The notes beneath the pieces are model-generated. The model made no database searches and had not been told where the DNA came from. It was given only the letters and a program-made list of their open reading frames with translations. A program made the translations under genes and the position numbers. A stretch of DNA of 64,000 nucleotides. Source: Candidatus Heimdallarchaeota archaeon. Its GTDB lineage: Archaea > Asgardarchaeota > Heimdallarchaeia > Heimdallarchaeales > Heimdallarchaeaceae. The stretch's first letter is position 1. Every line of letters begins with the position of its first letter. Where the stretch lies: the NCBI GenBank assembly GCA_019057375.1, contig DXJF01000114.1:44632-108631 (forward strand), given 5' to 3'. This document shows positions 47,349-57,227 of this stretch, one piece after another.

Positions 47349-50066
47349 GTGAAAATCATGGCAAATGGAGAAATTATTAAGATAACAATTGATGGTAAGG
47401 AAATTGAATGTCACACGAATGAAACATATCTTTCTATTGCTGAAAGGAACGGTATTGAAATTCCAACAATATGCCATCATCCTGCTTTAGAACCCGCAGC
47501 TAAATGTAGAGTGTGTGTTGTGGAAGAAATAATTGGTAATGTTTCAAAAACAGTAGCTTCCTGCAAAGAACTTGCTAAACCAAATGCAATAATTAAAACA
47601 GATTCTGAAAGAATTTTAAGAACAAGAAAAGCGTTAATCACTAAATTTGCAAAATTACACACTGAAGAATGTATTATTTGTGCAATCGGTCAAATTTGTA
47701 AGATTAAAACTCTTGAATTAGAACATTTGGATGAACCTGTAGAAATTGAGGAAAGGAAAGTAGATTTACATGAATCGAACGAATTCTTTTCGCTCAACTA
47801 CGAAAACTGCATCAAATGTGGTATTTGTGTAAGAGTTTCCAGTGAACTACAAGTTTGTAATGTACTTTCTATGGAGAGAGGAAAATTTGATGGCTACCCC
47901 ACCACACCAGACGGTGGTAGTTTTGAGAGTGCTGGCTGTGTAGCTTGTGGTAATTGTGTTGCACTCTGTCCAGTTGGAGCTCTTGTTAATCATCATGTAC
48001 GAGATTCAGAACATTGGAAAAATTTAACCAGAACCACAACAGTTTGCTCTTATTGTGGTGTAGGGTGCAATTTCGATGTTCTTGCAAACCCAAATACTAA
48101 CACAATTTCTTATGTTGATTCAAATCATTACAATGTTGTTAATGGTGTGGCTCTCTGTGTAAAAGGCAGATATGGTTGGGACTTTGTTAATCATCCAGAA
48201 AGGCTAAACACACCATTGATCAAGAAAGAAGGAGAATTTGTAGAAGCTTCTTGGGATGAAGCATTAGATTTAGTTGAAAAGAAACTAAAAAGTATTCGAG
48301 ATGAAAGTGGTCCGGGAGCTCTTGCTTTCCTAGCCTCTGCTAAATGCACTAACGAAGAGAATTATCTTATGCAGAAGTTCGCAAGAGCAGCTGTTGGAAC
48401 CAATAATGTAGATCATTGTGCAAGGTTATGTCATGCTTCAACTGTTACAGGACTCGCCAAAGCTTTTGGTTCAGGTGCTATGACTAATAGTATTGGTGAT
48501 TTAACTAACGATGCTGAAGTAATATTCATAATAGGTAGCAATACAACAGAAGCTCATCCAGTTATTGGTATAAAAATTAAACAAGCAGTCAAAAGAGAAG
48601 TCACAAAGCTGATTGTTGCAGATCCAAGAAGAATAGAACTTTCTGATTATTCAGAAATCTATCTACAACAGAAACCAGGGTCGGATGTTGCTTTAATCAA
48701 TGCTTTCATGAAAGTTATTCTAGATGAGAAACTACATGATGAAGAATTTATCAGAAGCAGAACAGAAGGTTTTGAAGAATTCAAAGAAGGCCTAAAGGAC
48801 ACATCGCTGGAATTACTCTGTAAAATCGCAAATGTTGATGTTGAAGAGGTTAAAGAAGCTGCTAGGCTATATGCAAATGCCAAAACAGCTGTAATAGTTT
48901 ACTCAATGGGTATAACTCAACATACCACTGGAACAGATAATGTCTTATCTCTAGCTAATCTTGCCATGATAACTGGAAACATTGGACGTCCTGGTACTGG
49001 AGTCAATCCCCTAAGGGGTCAAAACAATGTTCAAGGTTCTTGTGATCTTGGAGGATTACCTAATGTTTATCCCGGTTATCAACAAGTAACTGATCCAGAA
49101 AACAAAGCTAAATTTGAGAAAGCTTGGGGGGTTTCCAATCTTGATGACAAGGTAGGTTTAACAGTTGTAGAGGTAATGCATGCAGCTCATAGTGGAGACA
49201 TTCGTGGAATTTACATTATGGGAGAAAATCCTGCTTTAAGTGATCCAAATCTAAATCATGTAAAAGAAGCTCTTGAAAACCTTGAATTCCTTGTAGTTCA
49301 AGACCTATTCCTCACTGAAACAGCAAAATACGCAGATGTCGTTCTTCCAGGAGTTTCTTTTGCTGAAAAAGATGGTACTTTCACAAATACAGAGAGGAGA
49401 GTTCAACGAGTTAGGAAAGCAATTAATCCAATAAATAACAGAAGAGATGATTGGGACATACTCCAAGAAATGTTAAATCGTTTTGGAATTGAAGCAAATT
49501 ATAGTAGTCCTAGTGACATTATGGATGAAGTAGCAACTCTATCCCCAATATATGGAGGGATAAGTTATGAAAGAATTAAGGAAATTGGTTTACAATGGCC
49601 TTGTAAAGACAAGGATCACGAAGGAACTAAAATACTCCATCAAGGAGAGTTTACTAGAGGAAGGGGTAAATTCCATGCTATTTCCTACATAGATCCTGCA
49701 GAATTACCTGATGAGGAATATCCATACATGCTGACAACTGGTCGTATCTTATATCACTTCCATACAGGTGAAATGTCTCGCAGATCTAAAGGATTACATG
49801 AACGAAGACCTATTGAAAGAAGTGAGATTAACGTAAAAGATGCTGAAAAACTCGGCATTAAGAGTGGAGATAAGATTACTATTGAATCAAGAAGAGGTCG
49901 TTTAACAACTGTTGCTAGAGTTACAGATAGAATCCAAGAAGGTTTAGTCTTCATGTCTTTCCATTACAAAGAATCTGCTGCAAACCTTCTAACTAATGAT
50001 GCCTTAGATCCTCTAGCTAAAATTCCTGAATTCAAAGTATGCGCTATTAAAATATCTAAAGAATAG
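47349..50066 (+). CDS. fdhF: Formate dehydrogenase alpha subunit (Mo/W-bisPGD) with NuoG-like N-terminal Fe-S domains; Cys-type
   Basis: 2Fe-2S (CHH...CRVC), HxxxCxxCx5C, two ferredoxin motifs, CSYCGVGC, active site RLCHAST, RGQNNVQG, PEFKVCA; likely start ATG 47358. Confidence 0.93.
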   Translation: MKIMANGEIIKITIDGKEIECHTNETYLSIAERNGIEIPTICHHPALEPAAKCRVCVVEEIIGNVSKTVASCKELAKPNAIIKTDSERILRTRKALITKFAKLHTEECIICAIGQICKIKTLELEHLDEPVEIEERKVDLHESNEFFSLNYENCIKCGICVRVSSELQVCNVLSMERGKFDGYPTTPDGGSFESAGCVACGNCVALCPVGALVNHHVRDSEHWKNLTRTTTVCSYCGVGCNFDVLANPNTNTISYVDSNHYNVVNGVALCVKGRYGWDFVNHPERLNTPLIKKEGEFVEASWDEALDLVEKKLKSIRDESGPGALAFLASAKCTNEENYLMQKFARAAVGTNNVDHCARLCHASTVTGLAKAFGSGAMTNSIGDLTNDAEVIFIIGSNTTEAHPVIGIKIKQAVKREVTKLIVADPRRIELSDYSEIYLQQKPGSDVALINAFMKVILDEKLHDEEFIRSRTEGFEEFKEGLKDTSLELLCKIANVDVEEVKEAARLYANAKTAVIVYSMGITQHTTGTDNVLSLANLAMITGNIGRPGTGVNPLRGQNNVQGSCDLGGLPNVYPGYQQVTDPENKAKFEKAWGVSNLDDKVGLTVVEVMHAAHSGDIRGIYIMGENPALSDPNLNHVKEALENLEFLVVQDLFLTETAKYADVVLPGVSFAEKDGTFTNTERRVQRVRKAINPINNRRDDWDILQEMLNRFGIEANYSSPSDIMDEVATLSPIYGGISYERIKEIGLQWPCKDKDHEGTKILHQGEFTRGRGKFHAISYIDPAELPDEEYPYMLTTGRILYHFHTGEMSRRSKGLHERRPIERSEINVKDAEKLGIKSGDKITIESRRGRLTTVARVTDRIQEGLVFMSFHYKESAANLLTNDALDPLAKIPEFKVCAIKISKE

Positions 50067-50077
50067 ACCTAGGAGAT

Positions 50078-51100
50078 TTATTTTATTCTTCTTGGTTCAA
50101 TCTTCATTTTTTTTCTTAATTCCTTAATTTCAGCACTGATACTTGGTTTTCTCTCCCTAGGAAAATATTTAGCAAGATCATCCAAAGAGTGAAGAGCAAG
50201 AAAAGGCATTTCATTTTTAATCCAAAATTCATATTCTTTCTTCAACGATTCAATTCCAAATGCCTTGTATTTTCCAATGGAAATTTTCTTTTGTTTCAAG
50301 AAATAAAAGGATAAAAGAAAAGCTGAGTAATAATTTTCAATTTCAATAAGAGTCTCAACGGTTTCATCTTCCTTGTTGTATCTAGTATCATCAAATGTAA
50401 AATTTGGCTGTTCTCTCTCGATTATTACTGAATTGGGGATATTAACTGCTGCTGAATTAGAATATTCTATTCCTTCATTTTCGATATCAGGTTGAATATT
50501 AATGTTAGCGAAAATTTTGGAAGATAAATTATTTCTATCAAGTATTTCATTTATACTATAAACTTGAATTTCATTAGAAAATCTAATTGGAACATCTGCT
50601 CTTGACAATGGAAGTTGAGAAAAGCTCTCTGGAAAAGATGCTTGTGCCCCGTATAGAGAAAGTAAAGGCTCAATCATACCATTATCATACCTGAGCAAAC
50701 TTACTCCCCTTTTCATAACTTTTAAACCTCTTAAAATACTTAAGTCGAGATAGGGGCGATCTGAAGGGATGAATTGAACTGAAGATTTTGTTCTCTTTTT
50801 AAGAGTTGAATAAATTCCTTTTAGAACACCATCTAAAGAGATTTTTCTTAAATCAACAGTGAAATCTATACTGATATTTGGTAAATAACCCTCTATAATC
50901 TCCTTATAATCACGCTTTCTAGAATTTGAATTTACAGAAATATTGATACCATCAAAAATTTCGTTTCCTTGAGCTAAAAGATGTATTAAAAGAGGTTCAT
51001 TGTTAAAATGTAACAAAGCTTTGTCTAACCACTGACCATCTTTTTTCTGAAATCTTCTAGAATGGCCGCCTGCAAGAATAGTTAGTGTTCGATTAGACAT
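50078..51100 (-). CDS. MobA-like NTP transferase (molybdenum cofactor guanylyltransferase-like)
   Basis: ILAGGHSRRF...DKALL, PSDRPY, EPLLSLY, FANIN; convergent with fdh. Confidence 0.7.
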   Translation of the reverse strand: MSNRTLTILAGGHSRRFQKKDGQWLDKALLHFNNEPLLIHLLAQGNEIFDGINISVNSNSRKRDYKEIIEGYLPNISIDFTVDLRKISLDGVLKGIYSTLKKRTKSSVQFIPSDRPYLDLSILRGLKVMKRGVSLLRYDNGMIEPLLSLYGAQASFPESFSQLPLSRADVPIRFSNEIQVYSINEILDRNNLSSKIFANINIQPDIENEGIEYSNSAAVNIPNSVIIEREQPNFTFDDTRYNKEDETVETLIEIENYYSAFLLSFYFLKQKKISIGKYKAFGIESLKKEYEFWIKNEMPFLALHSLDDLAKYFPRERKPSISAEIKELRKKMKIEPRRIK

Positions 51101-51170
51101 TAAGAAAAATGTCTGCTTTCTCTATAAATGACTTTTGAAATGAAAAAGAAAATAAAAAAAGAAAATAGAA

Positions 51171-52478
51171 TTAGTAAGAATCTTCTGATTCTTCGTCTAT
51201 TTTTGTTTCTACGGTATCTTCAACAGCTTCAGTGATTTCATCTACTTTTTCTTCGACAGCTTCTTCTACAGCTTCTTCAGTAATTTCGTCTACAACCTTT
51301 TCAACTATATCTTCAGCTATATGTTCAGCTTTTTCTTCGCTTATACCTTCCGCTTTTTCAAGAACATCTTCAACGACATCTTCAACGACATCCTCGACGA
51401 TTTCTTCAACAGCTTCAGTGACTTCCTCGACGATTTCTTCGACGATTTCTTCGACGACATCCTCGACAGCTTCAGCAATTGTTTCTTCCTTATCAAGTAC
51501 TTCTTTAACAGCATCTTCAATTTCTTCTGCTACTTCTTCTAGTACTTCCTCGGAAACTTCTTCAACTACTTTGTCAACGATTTCATCGGTTTTTTCTTCA
51601 ATAGCTTCTTTCACCAATCCAGCTACTCTTTCGTCTGATATTTCTGCTGCAACACCCTTGGCCACAGCTTCAGTAACTTGTTCAACAACTTCCTCGACAA
51701 CATCTTCAACGACATCTTTCACTGTTTCCTCAACTGTTTTTATTATTTCAGCCTCAGGTTCTTCAACAACCTCTACAGATGGTTCTAGTTCTGGTTCAAC
51801 AACAGGTTCAACAACAGGTTCGATAAAAGTTTTAGATGGTGGTTCAACAACAAGTTCAGGTTCTGGAAAAACCATAGTTTGTGGTTCTGGTTCTGGTTCT
51901 GGTTCTGGTTCAGCTATTGGTTCAATTGCTGGCTCATGTGTTGGTTCAACGATAGGTTTTGGTTCATAAACATCCTGGGGATGTGGTAGTTTTTGATCTT
52001 GAATCTTTGGAGTTTCTTCGAAAACACCTTTAGCGGGTGGTGTATCTTGTGCAAACACTTTCTTAGGGAAAGAATCTTGTCTAGAGTCTCCTTGAAAACC
52101 TCCAAGATCTGTATCTATGTACTTCTCTTGTACTGTCTTATGTAAATCACCAATATTATCTTCAGTGATTTGTTCCAAACGGCATTTTATACCTGTCCTC
52201 TCGCCTGATGAAATCAAGAACCCTGATCTGCTAATTGTATCAGCTATTCTTCGACCTGTTCTTTGAGCAACAAGTCCTAGATGACTACCAAAAACCAAAT
52301 GCCATTCATTCTTTTCATGATGGAAAATTAGAAGACCATCTAAACCTAATGAAGACAATTGCCTAGATATGTCAGTTAAATCCCCTTCTATAATGGATTG
52401 ATATTTAGTTGAATCTGTTAATTCTTGAAAATCGCCTTTGCCATGATCGTATCCTAGAAAAACATTACTTGGACTCAT
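51171..52478 (-). CDS. Protein with a globular N-terminal domain, an (EP)n linker and a long acidic low-complexity tail
   Basis: Codon usage and strand fit the minus frame; VEEV/VEDV 4-residue repeats. Confidence 0.8.
   Translation of the reverse strand: MSPSNVFLGYDHGKGDFQELTDSTKYQSIIEGDLTDISRQLSSLGLDGLLIFHHEKNEWHLVFGSHLGLVAQRTGRRIADTISRSGFLISSGERTGIKCRLEQITEDNIGDLHKTVQEKYIDTDLGGFQGDSRQDSFPKKVFAQDTPPAKGVFEETPKIQDQKLPHPQDVYEPKPIVEPTHEPAIEPIAEPEPEPEPEPQTMVFPEPELVVEPPSKTFIEPVVEPVVEPELEPSVEVVEEPEAEIIKTVEETVKDVVEDVVEEVVEQVTEAVAKGVAAEISDERVAGLVKEAIEEKTDEIVDKVVEEVSEEVLEEVAEEIEDAVKEVLDKEETIAEAVEDVVEEIVEEIVEEVTEAVEEIVEDVVEDVVEDVLEKAEGISEEKAEHIAEDIVEKVVDEITEEAVEEAVEEKVDEITEAVEDTVETKIDEESEDSY
51365..51468. 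repeat. Degenerate 12-bp coding tandem repeat (VEDV/VEEI units)
   Basis: CATCTTCAACGA / TTTCTTCGACGA units inside the acidic protein gene. Confidence 0.75.
51883..51912. repeat. (GGTTCT)4 GGTTCA microsatellite encoding (EP)n
   Basis: Read directly from the sequence. Confidence 0.85.
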
Positions 52479-52609
52479 AGTAGTACCCTACTTATAATTC
52501 TAATCTTATAGATGAATATTTAATAAAAAGTTATTCTCTTTAGGCAATGGTACAAAATAGCTTTTTGTCGGAAGAAAATAATAAAAAAAAAGGATAGGAA
52601 AGAGGCTAT

Positions 52610-54862
52610 CTAAGATAGACTCATAGTTTGGAGTTCTGTATTTACATTTTCAAGAATTGTAAAGATGTTATTTACACTTGTTACAAATTGAGCTGCTTGA
52701 GCGATTGGATCTGGTAGCACTATTGTTAGAATAGTGTCCAATTCAGTATTTACATCTGTCAGAGAATCTCTGATTACAATAAGAGTGTCTCTTGGAGATA
52801 CCAATTGTGTCATTCCAGCATCAACAGACTGATTCATGTAAAATATCGATAGAGTCATATTTGATATTGCATAGTTCAAAGACTCGTTTGCAGCTAGGAA
52901 GTTATTTTCAGCTGCAACATAGTCTGGAACATAAAAGTTTGTTTCTCCTTTAGTAATATTTGAATAAGTGTAGCTCAGTTCTCGTAGTGAGTATACCATA
53001 TAATACATGGCATTTGCGATGTATTTTGTGCTTGCAATAGAGCTAATCATATCAAACTGTATCATTGTTTCTGCAAATCCACCTGCAAAATCACTAAGGA
53101 AACCATATCCTTGAATCTGAGCTTTATCATATACTACTGTAGCAGAATCATTGACTGCAATAGCATCAGCTTCAATGCTAGTTAGGGTTACATTAATAGC
53201 CGAAGTATCATCAAGAATTGTCTGATAATTTGTAACATTCTGATAATCAGTTGTTTCAAAGATATCTATGATTCCTTCCATATCTGTAAATCCAGTAGCC
53301 AGGTTCAAACCTAAACTAGCAAAAGGTATTCCAACTTGGGTGAAGTCGTATGCAAAACTTAGAAAGTCTTTTCCAATAGTGATGTTTCCACCAACTCTAT
53401 TTATGATGTCTTGAACTTCAGGAGTACTTAGTTCTGTATCTACAATTGAAAAGTTACCATATGCATAGTCAAAATTCTCATATGTACCATTAAATGCAGT
53501 TATTTCTCCGATTGATGTTCCAGCAAACAGAACGTTTACCCATCCTAGGAAAAAGTGCACAAGTGTAGCATCACTACTTCCTGCGGGTTTACTTAAGAGA
53601 ATTGAAATTCCAGCAATAATATCTTTAATATCTTGTAGATATGTTGAAGCAAGTTCCGCATAAGTAGCAATTGCCACATAAGCTTCGTCTGGCATCCAAG
53701 GTATTTTTGAAATATTTCCTGCTAAATCTTCAATTGAAACATTGTCTAAGCTTTCAAGTGCGTCATCAAGAGAATCTGTGCTGTTACCAATAACATCAAC
53801 ACCAGCTCTAATACCATCTATTGCTTCATCAAACGCTGTTTCATTTATTTCATTAATTGAAACAGATTCACTGCCATCTGGAGCTTGTTTTATGGAAAAT
53901 GATCCATTAAACACATCACCAAACCCTTCAATACTTCCCATTACCATAAACAGTCCTTCTGCAAATGGACCTATTCCTTGCGTTAGTTGTGCAAGAGCTA
54001 AAGAAACCCAATAAACATTCGTAAGTATTGATCCCAGAAATGGTATTATACCTGCAATTTTTATTAAACCTGCACTTTGTAAGCTTTTCAACGTTTCAGC
54101 TGTTTGATTAAAGTACAGTGATGCATCATACAAATTATCAAGAGCCTGTTGTATTTCAGTAGAAGTTGCATTTTGATCGAAAAGTGTTCCGAATCCATCA
54201 GCTAGGAGTATTCCTCCTGGAACCGCGTCGACCCCTACAGAAACCACACCTGCTAACATGAGATGTACGAGTGGTGTTAAAATCAAACCAATGATGATAA
54301 ACAACGCAGCAAATATTGACTCAAAAATTGTTGCAATTTTCAAAGCTGTCGTGAATATCTGTACTACCCACGTTAAACCTAGTGTTCCAAAAAAGAACAA
54401 AGGCAGTGCTAAAGCCAAATCACCAACGAAGGCAAATTGACTGTATTTTTCAACATTTTCTAAACTAAATTCTCCTGCAAACATTTCAGGCATTGTTTCA
54501 TTTAACACTGCGAAAGTTTCCAGAATTGGTTCAGTTCTTTCAGAAATAGGAGCAAATGGATTGTACACTGGGGCTGCTACAACATAGTTGAAGAGATAAC
54601 CTGTCCCAAATACTACTATTAGTAAAATTGGAACGGATAGCATAACTCTTCCTTTATCTCTTACTAAAATAGCAAACACTGCAAGTGACACTATACCTAA
54701 AACATAAGCAAGGATGGTTGCAGTTAAGCTTTCTCTAGGTTGAATCACAGCCTCAAGAAGGAACATTAGTCCTATGAAGAATGCTGTGAAAATAAGTAAC
54801 CCAATGCCCCAAAAGCTCCATTTTTTCTTTTTAATTGGTTCTACATATTCTTCTTTACTCAT
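52610..54862 (-). CDS. Hypothetical membrane-anchored surface glycoprotein
   Basis: Several N-terminal TM helices and a long helical C-terminal region with many N-x-S/T sequons. Confidence 0.75.
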   Translation of the reverse strand: MSKEEYVEPIKKKKWSFWGIGLLIFTAFFIGLMFLLEAVIQPRESLTATILAYVLGIVSLAVFAILVRDKGRVMLSVPILLIVVFGTGYLFNYVVAAPVYNPFAPISERTEPILETFAVLNETMPEMFAGEFSLENVEKYSQFAFVGDLALALPLFFFGTLGLTWVVQIFTTALKIATIFESIFAALFIIIGLILTPLVHLMLAGVVSVGVDAVPGGILLADGFGTLFDQNATSTEIQQALDNLYDASLYFNQTAETLKSLQSAGLIKIAGIIPFLGSILTNVYWVSLALAQLTQGIGPFAEGLFMVMGSIEGFGDVFNGSFSIKQAPDGSESVSINEINETAFDEAIDGIRAGVDVIGNSTDSLDDALESLDNVSIEDLAGNISKIPWMPDEAYVAIATYAELASTYLQDIKDIIAGISILLSKPAGSSDATLVHFFLGWVNVLFAGTSIGEITAFNGTYENFDYAYGNFSIVDTELSTPEVQDIINRVGGNITIGKDFLSFAYDFTQVGIPFASLGLNLATGFTDMEGIIDIFETTDYQNVTNYQTILDDTSAINVTLTSIEADAIAVNDSATVVYDKAQIQGYGFLSDFAGGFAETMIQFDMISSIASTKYIANAMYYMVYSLRELSYTYSNITKGETNFYVPDYVAAENNFLAANESLNYAISNMTLSIFYMNQSVDAGMTQLVSPRDTLIVIRDSLTDVNTELDTILTIVLPDPIAQAAQFVTSVNNIFTILENVNTELQTMSLS

Positions 54863-54996
54863 AAAATCAACTTTTATGTTGCTAACAATTGTATAGCCAT
54901 ATGGGTTATTTATAGGTTCTTTTTCACCTAGTTTGAAAAAAGAAGGAAATTAGGAGATTTTTAGTGATAAAAAAGTAAAATGAAAGTTGAAGTATT

Positions 54997-55458
54997 CTAA
55001 AGCAATATATCTTGTATAGAAGATATTAATCCAGATCCAAAATCAGGATTCAGATGTGATAAGGTTAAGAAAGATTGTGTCAACTGATATATTGTTTTTT
55101 CAATTGAGCGAATATTTGATCCTATAAGAGGTAAGGAACTAGTTGGAAAAACTAAAAAGACAATAATAGGTGAAAAGTCTCCTTCATCACTATTATCATC
55201 AATAAGCACCAAATCGAACCCATAAACAAAGTACTTTTCTGATAATTGAAGCAGACCTCTGAAACGTCTGGAATTGTTATAATTATAAGAAAGACCATTC
55301 ATTAAAGATGAAGTTCCTTTAATCGCTAATCTCGTTAACAGATCTTCTGACAATGAAGAATGGTTATGCAGAACAATAGGACCCAACTGTAAATCGAATT
55401 TTACAGTAACTACCCCCAGATCTAGTAAGTTTTCTTGCAATAGAGAGCATGAAGACAT
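54997..55458 (-). CDS. Longin/uDENN-like small protein (ATG 55458 preferred over the ORF-track start)
   Basis: VVTVKFDLQLGPIV resembles the 'FD...GP' first strand and turn of uDENN/longin domains. Confidence 0.5.
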   Translation of the reverse strand: MSSCSLLQENLLDLGVVTVKFDLQLGPIVLHNHSSLSEDLLTRLAIKGTSSLMNGLSYNYNNSRRFRGLLQLSEKYFVYGFDLVLIDDNSDEGDFSPIIVFLVFPTSSLPLIGSNIRSIEKTIYQLTQSFLTLSHLNPDFGSGLISSIQDILL

Positions 55459-55592
55459 GATTACCGATATAACATAAGTGAAAGGGATATTTAAGAAAAA
55501 CAGACAGACTTTGTTGAAAGTGAACAAAATGAGGAAAGGGGCTAAGGATGGTTGTTTTAAGACGACATAAAATTGCAAGTGAGTTTATAAAT

Positions 55593-55677
55593 TGGTGCGG
55601 GGAGGGAGATTCGAACTCCCGAACCACTAAGGACTGGATCCTAAGTCCAGCGCCTTTGACCACTCGGCAATCCCCGC
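55593..55677 (-). tRNA. tRNA-Leu(TAG)
   Basis: Acceptor GCGGGGA/TCCCCGC, anticodon arm CTGGA-CTTAGGA-TCCAG, long variable arm, encoded CCA. Confidence 0.97.
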
Positions 55678-55750
55678 TTAAAGTTACGAAAAGGTCTGGT
55701 CAATAAAGTCAGTAGCTTTTATTTTTAAATTTATTCTTGAATGTCTATGT

Positions 55751-56215
55751 TTAAACTAAAAGTAAAACCATTTCACTTTTTGTTTCTACAAAGCCTTTCT
55801 TTTCATATAATGATTTACCAACATCTGTTGTATGTAGCCTAATTTTTCTTATTCCTCTTTTCTTGGCTTCATTTACAGTTTTATCTAGAAGGTTGCTCCC
55901 TATTCCCTGTTTTCTGTATTCGGGAAGTGTATACATGTTCATGAGATAAGCTTCTTCTCCTGAAGGATTTTCAAATGATGGAGGTACAACATGGAAAGAA
56001 AAACCACTTGTTGCTATAATTTTACCTCCATCCTCAGCTAACCATGATACAAATATTTTGTTAGGTATTTTTTCTTTGAAATAGTTATAAAGCGATTTTT
56101 TCAACTCTTCTACAGAACTTGAAGGTTCCACTTCCTCAGCTTCTTGTAAGAATATTATTCTCAATAATACTAGATTATCAATATCCTCCATTGTAGTAAG
56201 TCTATAATCAACCAT
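55751..56215 (-). CDS. GNAT family acetyltransferase
   Basis: YLMNMYTLPEYRKQGIG...LYEKKGF. Confidence 0.92.
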   Translation of the reverse strand: MVDYRLTTMEDIDNLVLLRIIFLQEAEEVEPSSSVEELKKSLYNYFKEKIPNKIFVSWLAEDGGKIIATSGFSFHVVPPSFENPSGEEAYLMNMYTLPEYRKQGIGSNLLDKTVNEAKKRGIRKIRLHTTDVGKSLYEKKGFVETKSEMVLLLV

Positions 56216-56287
56216 CAGTTGTCGAGAACAGTATAATTGAACTTTAATAAAGTTTAATTTGAAGACTTGAAAGGTTTAAGAAAAGTT

Positions 56288-56396
56288 TGGTGCCTCAACC
56301 GGGATTTGAACCCGGGTCTGCGGATATTCCTGCTTAGTCACGCGGACTTTCTCATGTGAAAGTCCGCAATGATTGGCCGAGCTACACCATTGAGGC
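56288..56396 (-). tRNA. tRNA-Glu(TTC) with a 31-nt anticodon-loop intron (37/38 or 38/39)
   Basis: Acceptor GCCTCAA/TTGAGGC, GCGGA-CTTTCA-[insert]-TCCGC, T arm CCGGG-TTCAAAT-CCCGG, encoded CCA. Confidence 0.9.
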
Positions 56397-56444
56397 ATTG
56401 CTTGTTATAACGCTTCTTTGAGCTATTCTTTTTAATATTTTTCG

Positions 56445-57227
56445 TTATTTGCTTATTATTAGCTTTTTTATGAATTGTTCGATCTTCTTAAAGGCTTCTT
56501 CTCTATTTTCATCTACTGTTAGTATATGATCCCCTCTTGGAAGTTGTACTAATTCTTTTTCTGATGTTAAATCTTCATAAATCCATTCTGCACTTCTGGG
56601 AGTTATTGTCTTATCTTCTTTTGATTGTATGATTAAGGCAGGAGCATCAATTTGATCTATCTTTCTATGTAAAACGTTTAGCATCTTTAAAATTTGATAA
56701 GCAGCGTATGTTGAATCATCAGGATAAGCAAATAAATCGTTTTCAACATACCATTTTATCCTATCAATATTTCTAGGTCTATGTATTTTGAAAAAATGCA
56801 ATAACCATATTAAGGGGGTGAGTTTTCTTGAAAATCTATATAATGAATTTATTGTAAAAAAACCTGTAAACTTGAGCTTGGTACATGCATATAGAGTTAA
56901 GGCGCCACCTAGCGAAATACCGCCAATATATACGTTATTGTATTTTTTGGCACACTCATCATATATTTTAGCAATATTCTCGTACCAATCCCTCCAACTG
57001 ATTGAATCCATATCTTTGGGATCTGTTCCATGACCAGTTAATAAAATGCCATAAATGTCAAATCCATTCCCACACAAATATTCCCCTAACGGTCTAGTTT
57101 CTGTTGCAGAAGCACCAAAACCATGTACTAGAATAACCAAAGTATTGGTTTCATTCTTCTTTTCAGCCTTAAAGAAATAAGGCTTTGCTAATTCTTTGAG
57201 TTTATCAGGAATAATGATCTCTTGCAT
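56445..57227 (-). CDS. Alpha/beta hydrolase (carboxylesterase / monoacylglycerol lipase-like)
   Basis: LVHGF, nucleophile elbow GISLG, D (EDKTI) and H (GDHIL). Confidence 0.9.
   Translation of the reverse strand: MQEIIIPDKLKELAKPYFFKAEKKNETNTLVILVHGFGASATETRPLGEYLCGNGFDIYGILLTGHGTDPKDMDSISWRDWYENIAKIYDECAKKYNNVYIGGISLGGALTLYACTKLKFTGFFTINSLYRFSRKLTPLIWLLHFFKIHRPRNIDRIKWYVENDLFAYPDDSTYAAYQILKMLNVLHRKIDQIDAPALIIQSKEDKTITPRSAEWIYEDLTSEKELVQLPRGDHILTVDENREEAFKKIEQFIKKLIISK

Noticed and set aside
48415-48440. Selenocysteine in the formate dehydrogenase active site, or a SECIS element
   Set aside because: The codon is TGT (Cys) in RLCHAST and the ORF has no in-frame TGA
51232-51969. 245-aa Ser/Thr-rich plus-strand ORF resembling a mucin
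   Set aside because: It is the reverse complement of Glu/Val codons in the acidic protein and has no independent start context
55364-55663. 99-aa minus-strand ORF
   Set aside because: Runs through tRNA-Leu and overlaps the longin-like gene out of frame
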